NCBI GenBank assembly: GCA_048623215.1
Contig: JBMCBT010000001.1
Span: forward strand, 8,409 to 72,408
Length of the DNA: 64,000 nt
Source: Halothermotrichaceae bacterium
Lineage (GTDB): Bacteria; Bacillota; Halanaerobiia; Halanaerobiales; DTU029
Reading direction: 5' to 3'
Made by a program: the position numbers and the translations under genes. This document shows, in pieces, positions 9,339 to 24,333 of this stretch. Each line of letters begins with the position of its first letter. Position 1 is the first letter of the stretch. The notes under the pieces are model-generated. The model ran no database searches. It had not been told where the DNA came from and worked only from the letters and a program-made list of their open reading frames with translations.

Positions 9339-10604
9339 TTACTTCTTGCTGGAAACCGAATTTACTTTTTTAATAGTTGCACCAATTGATGATAATTTCG
9401 AGCTTATTTTTTCATAACCACGTTCTATATGATAGATATCCCTGATTTCTGTTTCCCCCTGTGCAATTAAACCAGCCAGTATTAAAGCAGCACCAGCACG
9501 TAAATCAGTAGCAGTTACTTCAGCACCAGTCAATTGACTCGGCTTTATTAAAGCACTATGTCCATCTATCTTAATATCAGCACCCATTCTTTTCAACTCA
9601 TCTACATGCATAAAACGATTTTCCCAGACAGTTTCTATTACCAGACTGGTTCCATCTGCCTGTGTAAGTAAAACCATCATTTGTGACTGTAAATCAGTTG
9701 GAAACCCAGGGTAAGGGAGAGTTTTGATATCAACTGCTTTCAATGTTTCTTTCCCTTTAATATATATACCAGATATATCTTCCCGCAACTGGACATCCAT
9801 CTCGTGAAGTTTAGCAATTAAAGGTTTAACATGTTCAGCCAGGACATTTCTAACAAATACTTCTCCTTTAGTTAAGGCTGCTGCCATCATAAATGTACCT
9901 GCTTCTATACGGTCAGGAATAATTCTGTGTTCTGCACCGTGCAGCTTTTCAACACCTTCTATTTTTATTATGTCTGTACCTACACCTTTAATTTTGGCAC
10001 CCATCACAGTAAGATAATTAGCAAGATCAACGATTTCAGGCTCCCTGGCAGCATTTTCTATTACCGTTGTACCATCAGCCTTACAGGCTGCCAGCATTAT
10101 ATTGACAGTAGCCCCAACACTGGGATAATCTAGATAGATTCTACTTCCTGTCATATTGATCCTTTTGACTTCTACAATACCATGATCCAGTTTAACTTCA
10201 GCTCCCAGGGCTTTAAAGCCTTTCAAATGTAAATCAATGGGCCTATTACCTATATTACAGCCTCCAGGAAGACTTGTTCTTACCATATCCCTTCTGGCCA
10301 GTACAGCTCCCAATATATAATATGAAGCTCTAAGTTTTCTGGCCAGTTCATGGTCAGCTTCTACTGTATTTAAGTTTGTTGGATCAATGAACAGTGCATT
10401 ATCTTCTCTTTCTATCTTACAACCCATCTTTTTTAGAATTGTACATAAATGTTTAACATCTCTAAGATTAGGTATATCCAGTAATTTACTGGGTCCATCT
10501 GCCATCAAAGCAGCTGTGATTATTGGTAGAGCTGCATTTTTTGCTCCACCTACATTGATTTCTCCCTCCAGAGGGTTACCACCTGTAATAAGATATTTAC
10601 CCAC
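9339..10604 (-). CDS. murA: UDP-N-acetylglucosamine 1-carboxyvinyltransferase
   Basis: Full-length MurA: GGAKNAALPI, catalytic-loop region LPGGCNIGNRPIDLH, 421 aa. Confidence 0.95.
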   Translation of the reverse strand: MGKYLITGGNPLEGEINVGGAKNAALPIITAALMADGPSKLLDIPNLRDVKHLCTILKKMGCKIEREDNALFIDPTNLNTVEADHELARKLRASYYILGAVLARRDMVRTSLPGGCNIGNRPIDLHLKGFKALGAEVKLDHGIVEVKRINMTGSRIYLDYPSVGATVNIMLAACKADGTTVIENAAREPEIVDLANYLTVMGAKIKGVGTDIIKIEGVEKLHGAEHRIIPDRIEAGTFMMAAALTKGEVFVRNVLAEHVKPLIAKLHEMDVQLREDISGIYIKGKETLKAVDIKTLPYPGFPTDLQSQMMVLLTQADGTSLVIETVWENRFMHVDELKRMGADIKIDGHSALIKPSQLTGAEVTATDLRAGAALILAGLIAQGETEIRDIYHIERGYEKISSKLSSIGATIKKVNSVSSKK

Positions 10605-10712
10605 TTTTATAAGCCCCTTCCTTTTATCTTCCGGTTAAAGGAAACACACCTATATAATATGCACCTTTATATATTTCGTGATAAAAATTTAATTTCCTTT
10701 TTTTTATATATT

Positions 10713-11264
10713 TTATTTCTGACAAATACACTTTGTCCCAGTTATTTTATCATACCAGTTCATTTTTTTATAATTTATTAACTCTGATGGTGCTTTTTCT
10801 TTTAAAAGATTCCAGCAGTCATCACAGAGCTTTGCACCAACATTCTTAATTAGTTTATCAGATATTCCCAGTGCTTTCAACCTTTCTTCCCTGGACAAAA
10901 CTTTCCTATTTTTAATACTCACAGCATTATTACTTACTACCACCAGGCCTACATCTCCTTTAAGCTCCGGGGAGTGAACTCGTTTATGCTTGAGATTATT
11001 TTCAATTGCTAATTTTATGTAATCATTAGCCGCCTTTAGGTTAATATTACGGTCAATTATCACTTTATCAGCTTCTGGATGCTTGACAGCCTCCAGTATT
11101 TCTGGATATATACCTTGCTCTTTTACCTGTTCACAGTTTAAATAACGTATTACACGTTCTTTAAACTCACCTAAGTATATATTTTTTTCTTCTTTTTTAA
11201 GTTCCTTTTTCCCATAAATTCCTTCCATAACTTTTTTTTCAAGATCTGGTTTTTCTTTTTTCAT
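10713..11264 (-). CDS. YueI/DUF1694-like protein with an extra Cys-containing C-terminal tail
   Basis: GIYGKKELKKEEKNIYLGEFKERV...GIYPEI...GLVVVSNNAV resembles the DUF1694 pattern as I recall it. The last ~50 aa carry CDDC and CIC. Confidence 0.45.
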   Translation of the reverse strand: MKKEKPDLEKKVMEGIYGKKELKKEEKNIYLGEFKERVIRYLNCEQVKEQGIYPEILEAVKHPEADKVIIDRNINLKAANDYIKLAIENNLKHKRVHSPELKGDVGLVVVSNNAVSIKNRKVLSREERLKALGISDKLIKNVGAKLCDDCWNLLKEKAPSELINYKKMNWYDKITGTKCICQK

Positions 11265-11319
11265 AATTAATCACTCTACCTATCATTCTATATTATTACC
11301 CAAAGTTCATTTTTGATAC

Positions 11320-11342
11320 AAAAAACCCCCAGCCGGGGGTTT
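11320..11342 (-). terminator. Rho-independent terminator of the atp operon
   Basis: Minus strand reads CCCCCggctGGGGG followed by TTTTTT, about 80 nt after the atpC stop. Confidence 0.75.
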
Positions 11343-11418
11343 ATATGTTGCTTCATATCAATTAGTTCTTTATATTACAGTAACTTCCCTATTTTATTTA
11401 ATATTTTCTTTATTTGTT

Positions 11419-11817
11419 TTATTCAACAGCTTTCAGGCGGGCAACTGCTCTCTCAAGTGCAGCTCTTGCCCGGATATTATCTATTTTATCATCAGCAGAA
11501 TCCAGCCTTTTTTGGGCACGCTTTCTTGCCTTTCTGGCCCTCTCTACATCAATATCCTGTGGCAATTCTGCAGTTCTAACCACTATATTTATCTCATCAG
11601 GCTGAACTTCCATAAAACCATCACTTATAGCAACTTTAATATCTTCTTCATCTTTTTTTATTTCCAATACTCCTGTATTTAAGCCTGTAACTAAAGGTGT
11701 ATGTTTTGGCAAAATACCTATTTCCCCATCCATTGCAGGGGCTACCAGTACATTGATATTCTGACTGTAGACAATATCTTCCGGGGTTACAATATCCAAT
11801 TTGATTGTTGAAGCCAT
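11419..11817 (-). CDS. atpC: F1 ATP synthase epsilon subunit
   Basis: 132 aa, last gene of the atp operon, typical LDIVTPE...V..P...GE.GILP.H.P motif. Confidence 0.95.
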   Translation of the reverse strand: MASTIKLDIVTPEDIVYSQNINVLVAPAMDGEIGILPKHTPLVTGLNTGVLEIKKDEEDIKVAISDGFMEVQPDEINIVVRTAELPQDIDVERARKARKRAQKRLDSADDKIDNIRARAALERAVARLKAVE

Positions 11818-11820
11818 AAA

Positions 11821-16341
<4,521 letters not shown>

Positions 16342-16345
<4 letters not shown>

Positions 16346-16842
16346 TGTACTTCACCCAGTCTGTTTTGATCTAAGTCTTCTATATATTGTTTTATTAGGT
16401 TTTCATGCTGCTGTTTTTTTAATTTTTCCTGCATAAATTTACCGGCTACCTGTAATGATATCGAAGTTACTTCTTCTCTAAGTTCATTAACAGCCTCTTC
16501 TTTAGCCCGCTCAATTTCTTTCTGAGCTCTTTCCTTTAACCGGACAGCCTCAGCCCTAGCTTCATTAACAATTTCTTCTGCCCTTTCTTTACTCCGCTTT
16601 TCTGCGTCTTCTATAATCTGCTGAGCATCACTGTGGGCTTCCTGTAAACGTGCCTCATATTTCTTTTTCAATTCTTCTGCATCATCTTTTCTCTGAGCAG
16701 CAGTATCCAGATCATCTTTTATTTTTTGAGAACGTTTATCAAGCATTTTTGTAACAGGTTTATATATATACTTAATTAATATAAACATTAATACAAAAAA
16801 GTTTACTGTTTCCCAGAAAATCGTCCAGTTGATATTTATCAT
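16342..16842 (-). CDS. atpF: Fo ATP synthase b subunit
   Basis: One N-terminal TM helix followed by a long charged coiled coil. Operon position. Confidence 0.9.
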
Positions 16843-16941
16843 TTACGTCACCTCCTGGAAGTCCTTATAAATTATATACTGGTCTTCTATCTTCTGTAAT
16901 TGCTTTAGTCATTATGTAAATAAATAAAATAAATCCAGAAA

Positions 16942-16958
16942 GAGGGGGCAGCCCCCTC
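16942..16958 (-). other. GC-rich hairpin between atpE and atpF
   Basis: GAGGGGGC-A-GCCCCCTC palindrome 13 nt after the atpE stop. On the minus strand it is followed by TTTCTGGATTTATTTT. Confidence 0.5.
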
Positions 16959-16970
16959 ATATATTACTAT

Positions 16971-17225
<255 letters not shown>

Positions 17226-17358
17226 TTAAAATCAGCCTCCTTTCAATTGATAGTGTTAGACTAAATTTTTTCTATTATATTTATTTTCTATAGTAAAACT
17301 ACTCTACTTATGCTATTACTAGTAAAATAAATCATTATATTCATCTCTTATAACCGTA

Positions 17359-18021
17359 TTATTCTGATTTTGCCACAGAGATATAAGCAATTGCTACCAT
17401 GCCAAATATCAGTGCCTGTACAGCACCTATGAACAGGTCAAACCAGGCGTGAAATGGTAAAGGTACCAACCACGGTGCCGTCTGATAAACCAGCGTAACA
17501 ATAAGGCCGCCTCCTACTATATTTCCAAAAAGACGGAATGAATGTGAAACAGGTTTAGCCAGTTCACCAACTATATTTATAGGAAGCATTATAAATATAG
17601 GTTCTGCCTGTGATTTTAAATATCCCCACAGACCATTGTTTTTAACACCATAATAATGACTGAACAAAAAAACTACAAGTGCCAGTCCAAGTGTAGTATT
17701 TATATCACCGGTAGGGTTGGCAACACCTGGAACTATTCCAAGTATATTGGAAACTCCTACAAAAATAAATATAGTTCCAATAAAAGGCAGCAGTTTTCTT
17801 CCCAGTCCGGGAAGCATAGGCTCTATCTGATCCTCAATTGTAGAAACAATTAATTCTACTATATTCTGCACCCTGCCGGGAACTATCTCCATATTTCGAG
17901 TAGCTAATTTAGCAAGTATAATTAACACCAATACAACTACCCATGATACAATTAATGTGTCTGTTATTGGAAAAAAGGGATTATCAAATAATTCAAATAA
18001 TGTCCTAGGACCGGGATTCAT
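17359..18021 (-). CDS. atpB: Fo ATP synthase a subunit
   Basis: Polytopic protein. Conserved LAKPVSHSFRLFGNIVGG (essential Arg). Operon position. Confidence 0.9.
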   Translation of the reverse strand: MNPGPRTLFELFDNPFFPITDTLIVSWVVVLVLIILAKLATRNMEIVPGRVQNIVELIVSTIEDQIEPMLPGLGRKLLPFIGTIFIFVGVSNILGIVPGVANPTGDINTTLGLALVVFLFSHYYGVKNNGLWGYLKSQAEPIFIMLPINIVGELAKPVSHSFRLFGNIVGGGLIVTLVYQTAPWLVPLPFHAWFDLFIGAVQALIFGMVAIAYISVAKSE

Positions 18022-18451
18022 CTATTAGCCCTCCTTTTTCATATTGTTTTATTTTATTTTTCCATTTATCCTTTAATAATTCTATAACTGCAGTCCCAAA
18101 TATAGTAAATTTCATTAACAGCATACCTACAGCAGTTCCCAGAAAATCAAAGTTAGGATTACGTTTTGCTGTAAGTAAAATCACAAAATAGATTAAATAA
18201 TTTAAAAAATATCTATTACGAATAAAACTCTGTGCTTTCCCTGCTTTCATATCTAAAGCCCTGTTTAAATTAATTACTTTTAAACGAAAAAGCAAAAAAC
18301 TAACAGCCAGTCCAATTATTAAACCTAAAAAGCCACTTAATTCCCCCATTATTAACGAAGATAACAGGGGTATTAAAGCCACTAACATTGTTCTTTTATA
18401 CAATTCTTTCTGTAATTTCTCAGGTGACTCATTTAATATCATCATTATCAC
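18005..18451 (-). CDS. atpI: ATP synthase protein I (AtpI-like small membrane protein)
   Basis: Four hydrophobic segments. Lies immediately upstream of atpB with overlapping coding ends. Confidence 0.6.
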   Translation of the reverse strand: MIMMILNESPEKLQKELYKRTMLVALIPLLSSLIMGELSGFLGLIIGLAVSFLLFRLKVINLNRALDMKAGKAQSFIRNRYFLNYLIYFVILLTAKRNPNFDFLGTAVGMLLMKFTIFGTAVIELLKDKWKNKIKQYEKGGLIDESRS

Positions 18452-18698
18452 CTATAATTCTAATAATTAGTTTATAAACATAATAAAATCCTGAAACTAT
18501 ACCAACCATCAGACCAATAAATCTAAAAATAAAGCCAGTAGGCAGATAATAATCCAGTAGATAACCTATAAAAAAACCTACAGCCAGATTAGCAACCATG
18601 ACTAATCCTAAATATGTTATCATACCTAATGCCCTGAAGACTTTGTTATAATCTTCTCTTTTCATAAAATAAAACCTCAAATTTAAAGTAGCTTCCAA
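18429..18698 (-). CDS. AtpZ/AtpR-like small membrane protein (first gene of the atp operon)
   Basis: Two TM helices (ITYLGLVMVANLAVGFFIGYLLD...FIGLMVGIVSGFYYV). A likely true start is the internal MKREDY. Confidence 0.5.
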   Translation of the reverse strand: MEATLNLRFYFMKREDYNKVFRALGMITYLGLVMVANLAVGFFIGYLLDYYLPTGFIFRFIGLMVGIVSGFYYVYKLIIRIIGDNDDIK

Positions 18699-18936
18699 AA
18701 ATATGTAATAGCTTTTTTATTTCTTTTATTAGTATGGTCATTATTTTAATATTATATTTAAAAATTGCTTTATAAACAATTATAATCTTAATCGACCTAT
18801 AAAACAAGTATATTTTTCAATTTTTTTATTAAAAATCTTTAAAATGCATTACTTTAGCCAAAATAGTGGACACCACAGATACCATATTTAAACAGTTCTT
18901 ATCAAAAGCTTTATTTATCTACAGGCATCTACAAGC

Positions 18937-18964
18937 AAAAAATCCGACCTGAGTCGGATTTTTT
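18937..18964 (-). terminator. Rho-independent terminator upstream of the atp operon
   Basis: AAAAAATCCGAC ctga GTCGGATTTTTT, 7 nt after the stop of the GT4 gene. Confidence 0.75.
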
Positions 18965-18970
18965 ATTTAT

Positions 18971-20041
18971 TTATATATTTGTATTTTCAAGAGTCGTTCC
19001 TTCGGCTGGTAATTCTACTGTGAAAATACCCAGTTTCCAGGAACCATAGATTAAGAGCAAAATAACCACTCCCAGCAGTACAATGGCATCCTGAATTTTT
19101 GAACCATTTATTATTAAGGCAATTAAACCAAGTCCAATACTTATAGCATAGACACTTAAAACAGCCTGACGTTGGTTTAAACCAAGTGCAAGCAGACGGT
19201 GATGAATATGACCGTGGTCAGCTTCACCAATCGGCTTACCGTGGTATAGACGGCGAATTATTGCAAAAATAGTATCGAAAATAGGTACTCCCAGAGCAAC
19301 AAACGGCACAAGTAGAGTAACTGCTGCTGCACTTTTTAGAGCACCTGCAACTGAAATGGCAGCAAGTATATATCCTAAAAACATTGCACCAGTATCTCCC
19401 ATAAATATTTCCGCCGGGTTAAAATTATATCTTAGAAAACCAAGTGAACTACCTGCCAGGGTTAAAGCCATAATTCCAGCAACAGCCTGACCTTCCTGTA
19501 CACCTACTAAAAATAAAGTAATAGCAGCTATTGTTGAAATTCCTGCAGCAAGCCCATCAAGCCCATCAACCAGGTTGACAGTATTTGTTACACTGACAAT
19601 CCACAGTAAGGTTAAAGGTATACCCCAGTATCCAAGATAAATCATACCTCCAAAAGGATTTGTAATAAATTCTATACTTATACCATAATAAAGCAGTATA
19701 GAGGCAGCACCTATTTGCCCTGCCAGCTTAATCGGTGGTGACAGCTCATATAAGTCATCAATAATTCCTACAAATAGTATAACTGTTCCACCCAGTATTA
19801 TACCTGTTAAAATATTATTTAACGGTACTAAAAAAATTACACCAGCAAGAAAGCCAATATATATAGCAATTCCTCCAATAGTCGGAACAGCATTTTTATT
19901 AATTCGTCTGTTGCCAGGTTTATCAACTGCATCTATACATAACGCCAGTTTCTTTATTAGCGGAGTACAGATAAGAGTCACTACCAGGCTTATTATAAAA
20001 GCAATAATATATGTCTGCATATCATATCCCTCTTTCCACAT
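18971..20041 (-). CDS. Glycosyltransferase family 4 polyprenyl-phosphate HexNAc-1-phosphate transferase (WecA/TagO/MraY-like)
   Basis: Polytopic protein. IIDDLYELSP, NLVDGLDGLA and FMGDTG motifs typical of MraY/WecA. Confidence 0.8.
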   Translation of the reverse strand: MWKEGYDMQTYIIAFIISLVVTLICTPLIKKLALCIDAVDKPGNRRINKNAVPTIGGIAIYIGFLAGVIFLVPLNNILTGIILGGTVILFVGIIDDLYELSPPIKLAGQIGAASILLYYGISIEFITNPFGGMIYLGYWGIPLTLLWIVSVTNTVNLVDGLDGLAAGISTIAAITLFLVGVQEGQAVAGIMALTLAGSSLGFLRYNFNPAEIFMGDTGAMFLGYILAAISVAGALKSAAAVTLLVPFVALGVPIFDTIFAIIRRLYHGKPIGEADHGHIHHRLLALGLNQRQAVLSVYAISIGLGLIALIINGSKIQDAIVLLGVVILLLIYGSWKLGIFTVELPAEGTTLENTNI

Positions 20042-20088
20042 CCAATATTAACAAAGTAGTTGATTAGATTCAAAGGGAATTTATGGTA

Positions 20089-20718
20089 TTACCTGGTTCC
20101 ATAAAGTCTGTCACCAGCATCTCCCAATCCCGGTATTATATAGGCATGGTCATTTAATCTTTCATCAACTGCAGCAGTATATATATCTACATTAGGGTGC
20201 TCATTTTGCACTTTTTCCACACCTTCTGGTGCTGCTATCAATACCATCAGCTTAATACTTTTTGGTTCTCTTTCTTTGACAAACTGTATAGCAGCTGATG
20301 CAGAGCCGCCAGTAGCCAACATTGGATCAACAACAATTAAATCTCTTTCTACAACATCTGTAGGCATTTTGCAGTAATATTCAACAGGCTCCAGGGTATC
20401 AGGATCCCGGTAAAGACCAACATGTCCTACTTTAGCTGCTGGAATTAATTTCAAAACACCATCCAGCATTCCCAGTCCTGCTCTTAAAATAGGGACAACT
20501 CCCAGTTTCTTGCCTGCAATCATTTTGGACTTCGCTTTCTGAATAGGGGTGTTTATTTCAACATCTTCCAGAGGAAGATCTCTGGTTACTTCATAGGCCA
20601 TTAGTGTAGCTATTTCATCAACTAGTTCTCTAAATTCTTTGGGGCCAGTTTCTTTATCCCTCACCAGAGTTAGTTTATGCTGAATCAAAGGATGATCAAT
20701 AACTGTAACTTTACTCAT
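20089..20718 (-). CDS. upp: Uracil phosphoribosyltransferase
   Basis: [17 protein letters not shown]...PILRAGLGM...[12 protein letters not shown] use the internal ATG at 20718; the track's longer ORF overlaps the upstream gene by 89 nt. Confidence 0.9.
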   Translation of the reverse strand: MSKVTVIDHPLIQHKLTLVRDKETGPKEFRELVDEIATLMAYEVTRDLPLEDVEINTPIQKAKSKMIAGKKLGVVPILRAGLGMLDGVLKLIPAAKVGHVGLYRDPDTLEPVEYYCKMPTDVVERDLIVVDPMLATGGSASAAIQFVKEREPKSIKLMVLIAAPEGVEKVQNEHPNVDIYTAAVDERLNDHAYIIPGLGDAGDRLYGTR

Positions 20719-21700
20719 CTTCTTTATATTCTCCCCTTTCAATTTGATGCATTTTATTAACTCTACGCTCATGTCGGCCGCCGTCAAAATCTGTACCAAG
20801 CCATGTTTTTACAATTTCCACTGCCAGGCCTATACCGACAACTCTTGACCCTAAAGTTAAGACATTACTATTATTATGATTACGGGTAGCCTTTGCAGAA
20901 AAAACATCATGACATAAAGCTGCCCTGATATTTTTAACTTTATTAGCTGTAATGGACATACCTATTCCAGTTCCACAAACAAGTATACCCTTATCAAACT
21001 CACCACTGGCAACAGCCTTTGCCACCTTATAACCATAGTCAGGATAATCAACAGACTCTGAAGAATCTGTTCCCATATCCTTAAAATCAATTTTTTCTTC
21101 CTGTAAATATTTCAAAATTTCCTGTTTTAATTCATAACCTGCATGATCAGAACCAATTGCTATTTTCACTTCTAATTCACCTCTATTTTTTATATTCTCT
21201 GTTTTTTTGAATTTCCCTGCTTCATCATCAAATTGATTCATTTTTCCTAACAATTTATATAGTGCCTCTTCTATTTCTTCTTTAGTCTTACGGTAAATTT
21301 CTTTACCCTGCCCATAGGGATCAGAAATATCAAGCTCATCCTTATTCCCAACAAACTCTTTAAGAGTGTATACTTTGCCCTCCACCTGAGGTCTATAATT
21401 TAATATCATCTTTTTATGATTTTCTGTCATGGTTAAAATCAAGTCTGAACTTTCTATTATATCTTCTGTCAGAGACTGGCTGGTATGCTGGTTTATCTCA
21501 TCTAAGTCCAGAATTTGAATAACATCTGCACTTGCATTTAAACCTGGCACTGCAGCTAGACCAGCTGACTTTATCTTCCAGTTAGTATATTTGCCTTCTT
21601 CCTTAATTAGTTTTTTTAATATATATTCTGCCATTGGGCTGCGGCAGGTATTACCTGTACATACAAATAATAAGTGAGGCAAGTATATCCTCCTTTCCAT
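20711..21700 (-). CDS. Fusion protein: low-molecular-weight phosphatase (YwlE-like) plus ribose-5-phosphate isomerase B
   Basis: N-terminal half has the [18 protein letters not shown]5R P-loop. After a ~25-aa charged linker, the C-terminal half reads [14 protein letters not shown]...[16 protein letters not shown]...[10 protein letters not shown] (RpiB/LacAB). Confidence 0.85.
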   Translation of the reverse strand: MERRIYLPHLLFVCTGNTCRSPMAEYILKKLIKEEGKYTNWKIKSAGLAAVPGLNASADVIQILDLDEINQHTSQSLTEDIIESSDLILTMTENHKKMILNYRPQVEGKVYTLKEFVGNKDELDISDPYGQGKEIYRKTKEEIEEALYKLLGKMNQFDDEAGKFKKTENIKNRGELEVKIAIGSDHAGYELKQEILKYLQEEKIDFKDMGTDSSESVDYPDYGYKVAKAVASGEFDKGILVCGTGIGMSITANKVKNIRAALCHDVFSAKATRNHNNSNVLTLGSRVVGIGLAVEIVKTWLGTDFDGGRHERRVNKMHQIERGEYKEDE

Positions 21701-21716
21701 ATTATACCTATAATTT

Positions 21717-22322
21717 CTATATTATACCTACAAAATGAAATCCCAGAAATATGAGGCCAAGCCCTCCAACAAACTGAACCTTATCACCCAGGTATTGACC
21801 AAGGCGGGAGCCAAAATGCAGGCCTGATGCCATCATTATACCAGCAGTCATACCAATAATCATTATTGAAAAAAAAGTTATATTACCCATCATGCCCAGA
21901 CTAACCCCAACTGAAAAAGAATCTATACTGACACTAAAAGCCAGCACAATTAAACCCCAGCCGCTTATATTAAAATTGCAGAGCTCTTTTTCAGTATTTA
22001 ACCACTGTTCAATGAGCATATAACCACCTACCAGCATCAGCAAACCTGCTCCAATCATATTTAAAAGATGGTCAAGGCCACTGTTTATGTTAAAAACACG
22101 TATTAACAGATTCTGTATAAATTGACCCCCATAAAAACCTGTTAAAGGCATAATTATATGAAAAACTGCTATAACACTACTGATTCTTATTATACTTTTA
22201 CTGCCAAACTGTTGAATACCACAGACAATTGCCACAGAAAAAGCATCAGTTCCCAGAGCAACTGCCAGTGTGATAATTTCAAATAAACTCAATAATTTCT
22301 CCCCCTGAAAATAAAACACCAC
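21717..22322 (-). CDS. mntP: Manganese efflux pump MntP (YwlD family)
   Basis: LAVALGTDAFSVAI and a repeated SIDSFSVGVSLG motif. Six hydrophobic segments. Same position as ywlD in B. subtilis. Confidence 0.8.
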   Translation of the reverse strand: MVFYFQGEKLLSLFEIITLAVALGTDAFSVAIVCGIQQFGSKSIIRISSVIAVFHIIMPLTGFYGGQFIQNLLIRVFNINSGLDHLLNMIGAGLLMLVGGYMLIEQWLNTEKELCNFNISGWGLIVLAFSVSIDSFSVGVSLGMMGNITFFSIMIIGMTAGIMMASGLHFGSRLGQYLGDKVQFVGGLGLIFLGFHFVGII

Positions 22323-22384
22323 TAATAATCGATATTCCTTAATAATATATACAACTTTTCAGATGAATTATGTATATATTTTTA

Positions 22385-23464
22385 TTACTGTATACTGGCT
22401 TTATGTAATCTATTCATTACTGCTGCCCCTAACCCCTTTTCTGGAATGGTTTCTACCAAAATTAGACTATAATCCTCTTCATCCAGCTGTCTAAGTAATT
22501 TGAACAACCTAGAAGCAATAACATCTACTTGAAATTGTGAACCAATATTGACTATATTAATCTGTTCAGCTGTCCAGTTTGCTGATTTTTCTAATATTCT
22601 TTTCATCTTATCTACTTTTTCTGAAGTTAAAACCAGAGCTATTTTATGATATTTTTTATACTCGTCTTTTAATATAGCCTCAAAATTTTTATTATCCATA
22701 TCAATTAAAAATAGAGGGGTTTCAGGAGAATAATGTCTGTATTTCATACCAGGGGAAATTGGTTTTTCTTTATTAGTTTTCTTTACTGTGCGGTCAATCT
22801 TTTCTCCAATAATACTCTCTATTGCTTCAAGTGGTACACCACCAGGTCTAAGCAGCTGTGGTTCTTTCCCCCTTACATCAATTACTGTAGACTCCACTCC
22901 TACTGGAGATGGACCTCCATCAATAATAAGAGGTATTAACCCTTTTAAATCTTTAAAAACATGTTCTGCTGTAGTTGGACTGGGCGCACCGGATATATTG
23001 GCACTGGGAGCTGCTAGAGGTAGTCCAGTTTTTTCTATTAAAGCTCTGGCAACTGGATGTGAGGGCATACGGACAGCTACTGTATTAAGGCCAGCTGTAG
23101 TTCTGTCAGGAATTAAACCTGATTTTTCAAAAATAATAGTAAGAGGGCCGGGCCAGAAAGCATTTACTAACTTCTGTACTTTTTGATTTAAACTGCTGGA
23201 AATAATTTTTTTTAATTGTGCTTCACCTGTTATATGAACTATCAGGGGATTATCCTGAGGCCTTCCTTTAGCTTTAAATATTTTTTTAACTGCTTTTGCA
23301 TTAGCTGCATCTGCCCCCAGACCGTATACAGTTTCAGTTGGAAATGATACTACTTCCCCCTGGTGTAATAAATTTGCAGCTTCCAATATCGCTGGAGTTT
23401 CTTTTATCATTTCAATTTTATTTTCTATTATTAGATTTTCAGGTATTTTCATTATTTTAGTCAT
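22385..23464 (-). CDS. tsaC: L-threonylcarbamoyladenylate synthase, long Sua5/YwlC form
   Basis: FPTETVYGLGADA, KGRPQDNPLIVH, SANISG motifs plus a C-terminal Sua5 domain. Confidence 0.9.
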   Translation of the reverse strand: MTKIMKIPENLIIENKIEMIKETPAILEAANLLHQGEVVSFPTETVYGLGADAANAKAVKKIFKAKGRPQDNPLIVHITGEAQLKKIISSSLNQKVQKLVNAFWPGPLTIIFEKSGLIPDRTTAGLNTVAVRMPSHPVARALIEKTGLPLAAPSANISGAPSPTTAEHVFKDLKGLIPLIIDGGPSPVGVESTVIDVRGKEPQLLRPGGVPLEAIESIIGEKIDRTVKKTNKEKPISPGMKYRHYSPETPLFLIDMDNKNFEAILKDEYKKYHKIALVLTSEKVDKMKRILEKSANWTAEQINIVNIGSQFQVDVIASRLFKLLRQLDEEDYSLILVETIPEKGLGAAVMNRLHKASIQ

Positions 23465-23476
23465 AAGTTTTGCTCC

Positions 23477-24331
23477 TTATTTCAAATTAGCAAAAACCAT
23501 CCTGTCATGGTCAGAATAATCTTTCTCGACACGGACATTCTGCCATGATGAGTCAAATAATTTTTTGACAGCATCTCCCTGAGCATAGCCGATTTCAAGG
23601 GCCAATAGTCCGCCTGCTTTTAATACCCGGGCTGACTGTGGTATAATCTCACGATAAAACTTGAGCCCATCTGCTCCTGCAGCCAGCGCCAGGTCAGGCT
23701 CTCTCTGCACTTCAGGCATCAATTCTTTCATCTTTTGACTGCTGATATATGGTGGGTTGGAAATAACAATATCCACATTATCTTTGTCCAGCTTAATCAA
23801 AGGCTGTAACAGGTTACCCCTGGTAACCTTAACCCTGTCACCCAGGTCAAACTTGCTAATATTTCTGCATGCAATCTTTAATGCCTCTGATGAGATATCA
23901 ATTCCAAAAACTCTGGCATTTTTAATATTATAACCAAGACTAACAGCTATAACACCACTTCCTGTACCAATATCTACAATGTTAGGTGAATCCATTTCCT
24001 GTTCCTGACAGTATTCAATTACTTTTTCCACTAAAATTTCAGTTTCCGGTCTTGGAATCAACACCTTATTGTTTACAGTAAAATCCAGTGACATAAACTC
24101 TTTAACACCAGTTAAGTACGCTGTTGGAGTTCTTTTAGCTCTTTTTACAATCAGCTCTCTATATTTTTCTAATTCATTCTTTTTTAACGGAAGATCATAT
24201 TTAACATATAACTGAATTCTTTCAATATGTAAAACATGAGCTAAAAGCACTTCAGCTTCTAGCCTTGAATTCGGTATATTATGTTTTTTTAAATAATCAA
24301 CCGCATTTATCAGCACTTTTTTAATATTCAC
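23477..24331 (-). CDS. prmC: Release-factor glutamine N5-methyltransferase
   Basis: DIGTGSG SAM motif and VISNPPY catalytic motif. Lies downstream of prfA. Confidence 0.9.
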   Translation of the reverse strand: MNIKKVLINAVDYLKKHNIPNSRLEAEVLLAHVLHIERIQLYVKYDLPLKKNELEKYRELIVKRAKRTPTAYLTGVKEFMSLDFTVNNKVLIPRPETEILVEKVIEYCQEQEMDSPNIVDIGTGSGVIAVSLGYNIKNARVFGIDISSEALKIACRNISKFDLGDRVKVTRGNLLQPLIKLDKDNVDIVISNPPYISSQKMKELMPEVQREPDLALAAGADGLKFYREIIPQSARVLKAGGLLALEIGYAQGDAVKKLFDSSWQNVRVEKDYSDHDRMVFANLK

Positions 24332-24333
24332 AA

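Noticed and set aside
20719-20799. 27-codon N-terminal extension of upp in the ORF track
   Set aside because: It overlaps the 3' end of the rpiB fusion gene by 89 nt. The canonical Upp N-terminus ([11 protein letters not shown]) begins at the internal ATG at 20718.
22323-22384. Possible yybP-ykoY (Mn2+) riboswitch upstream of mntP
   Set aside because: The gap between tsaC and mntP is only ~62 nt and AT-rich. It is too short for the four-way-junction riboswitch, and I saw no conserved motifs.
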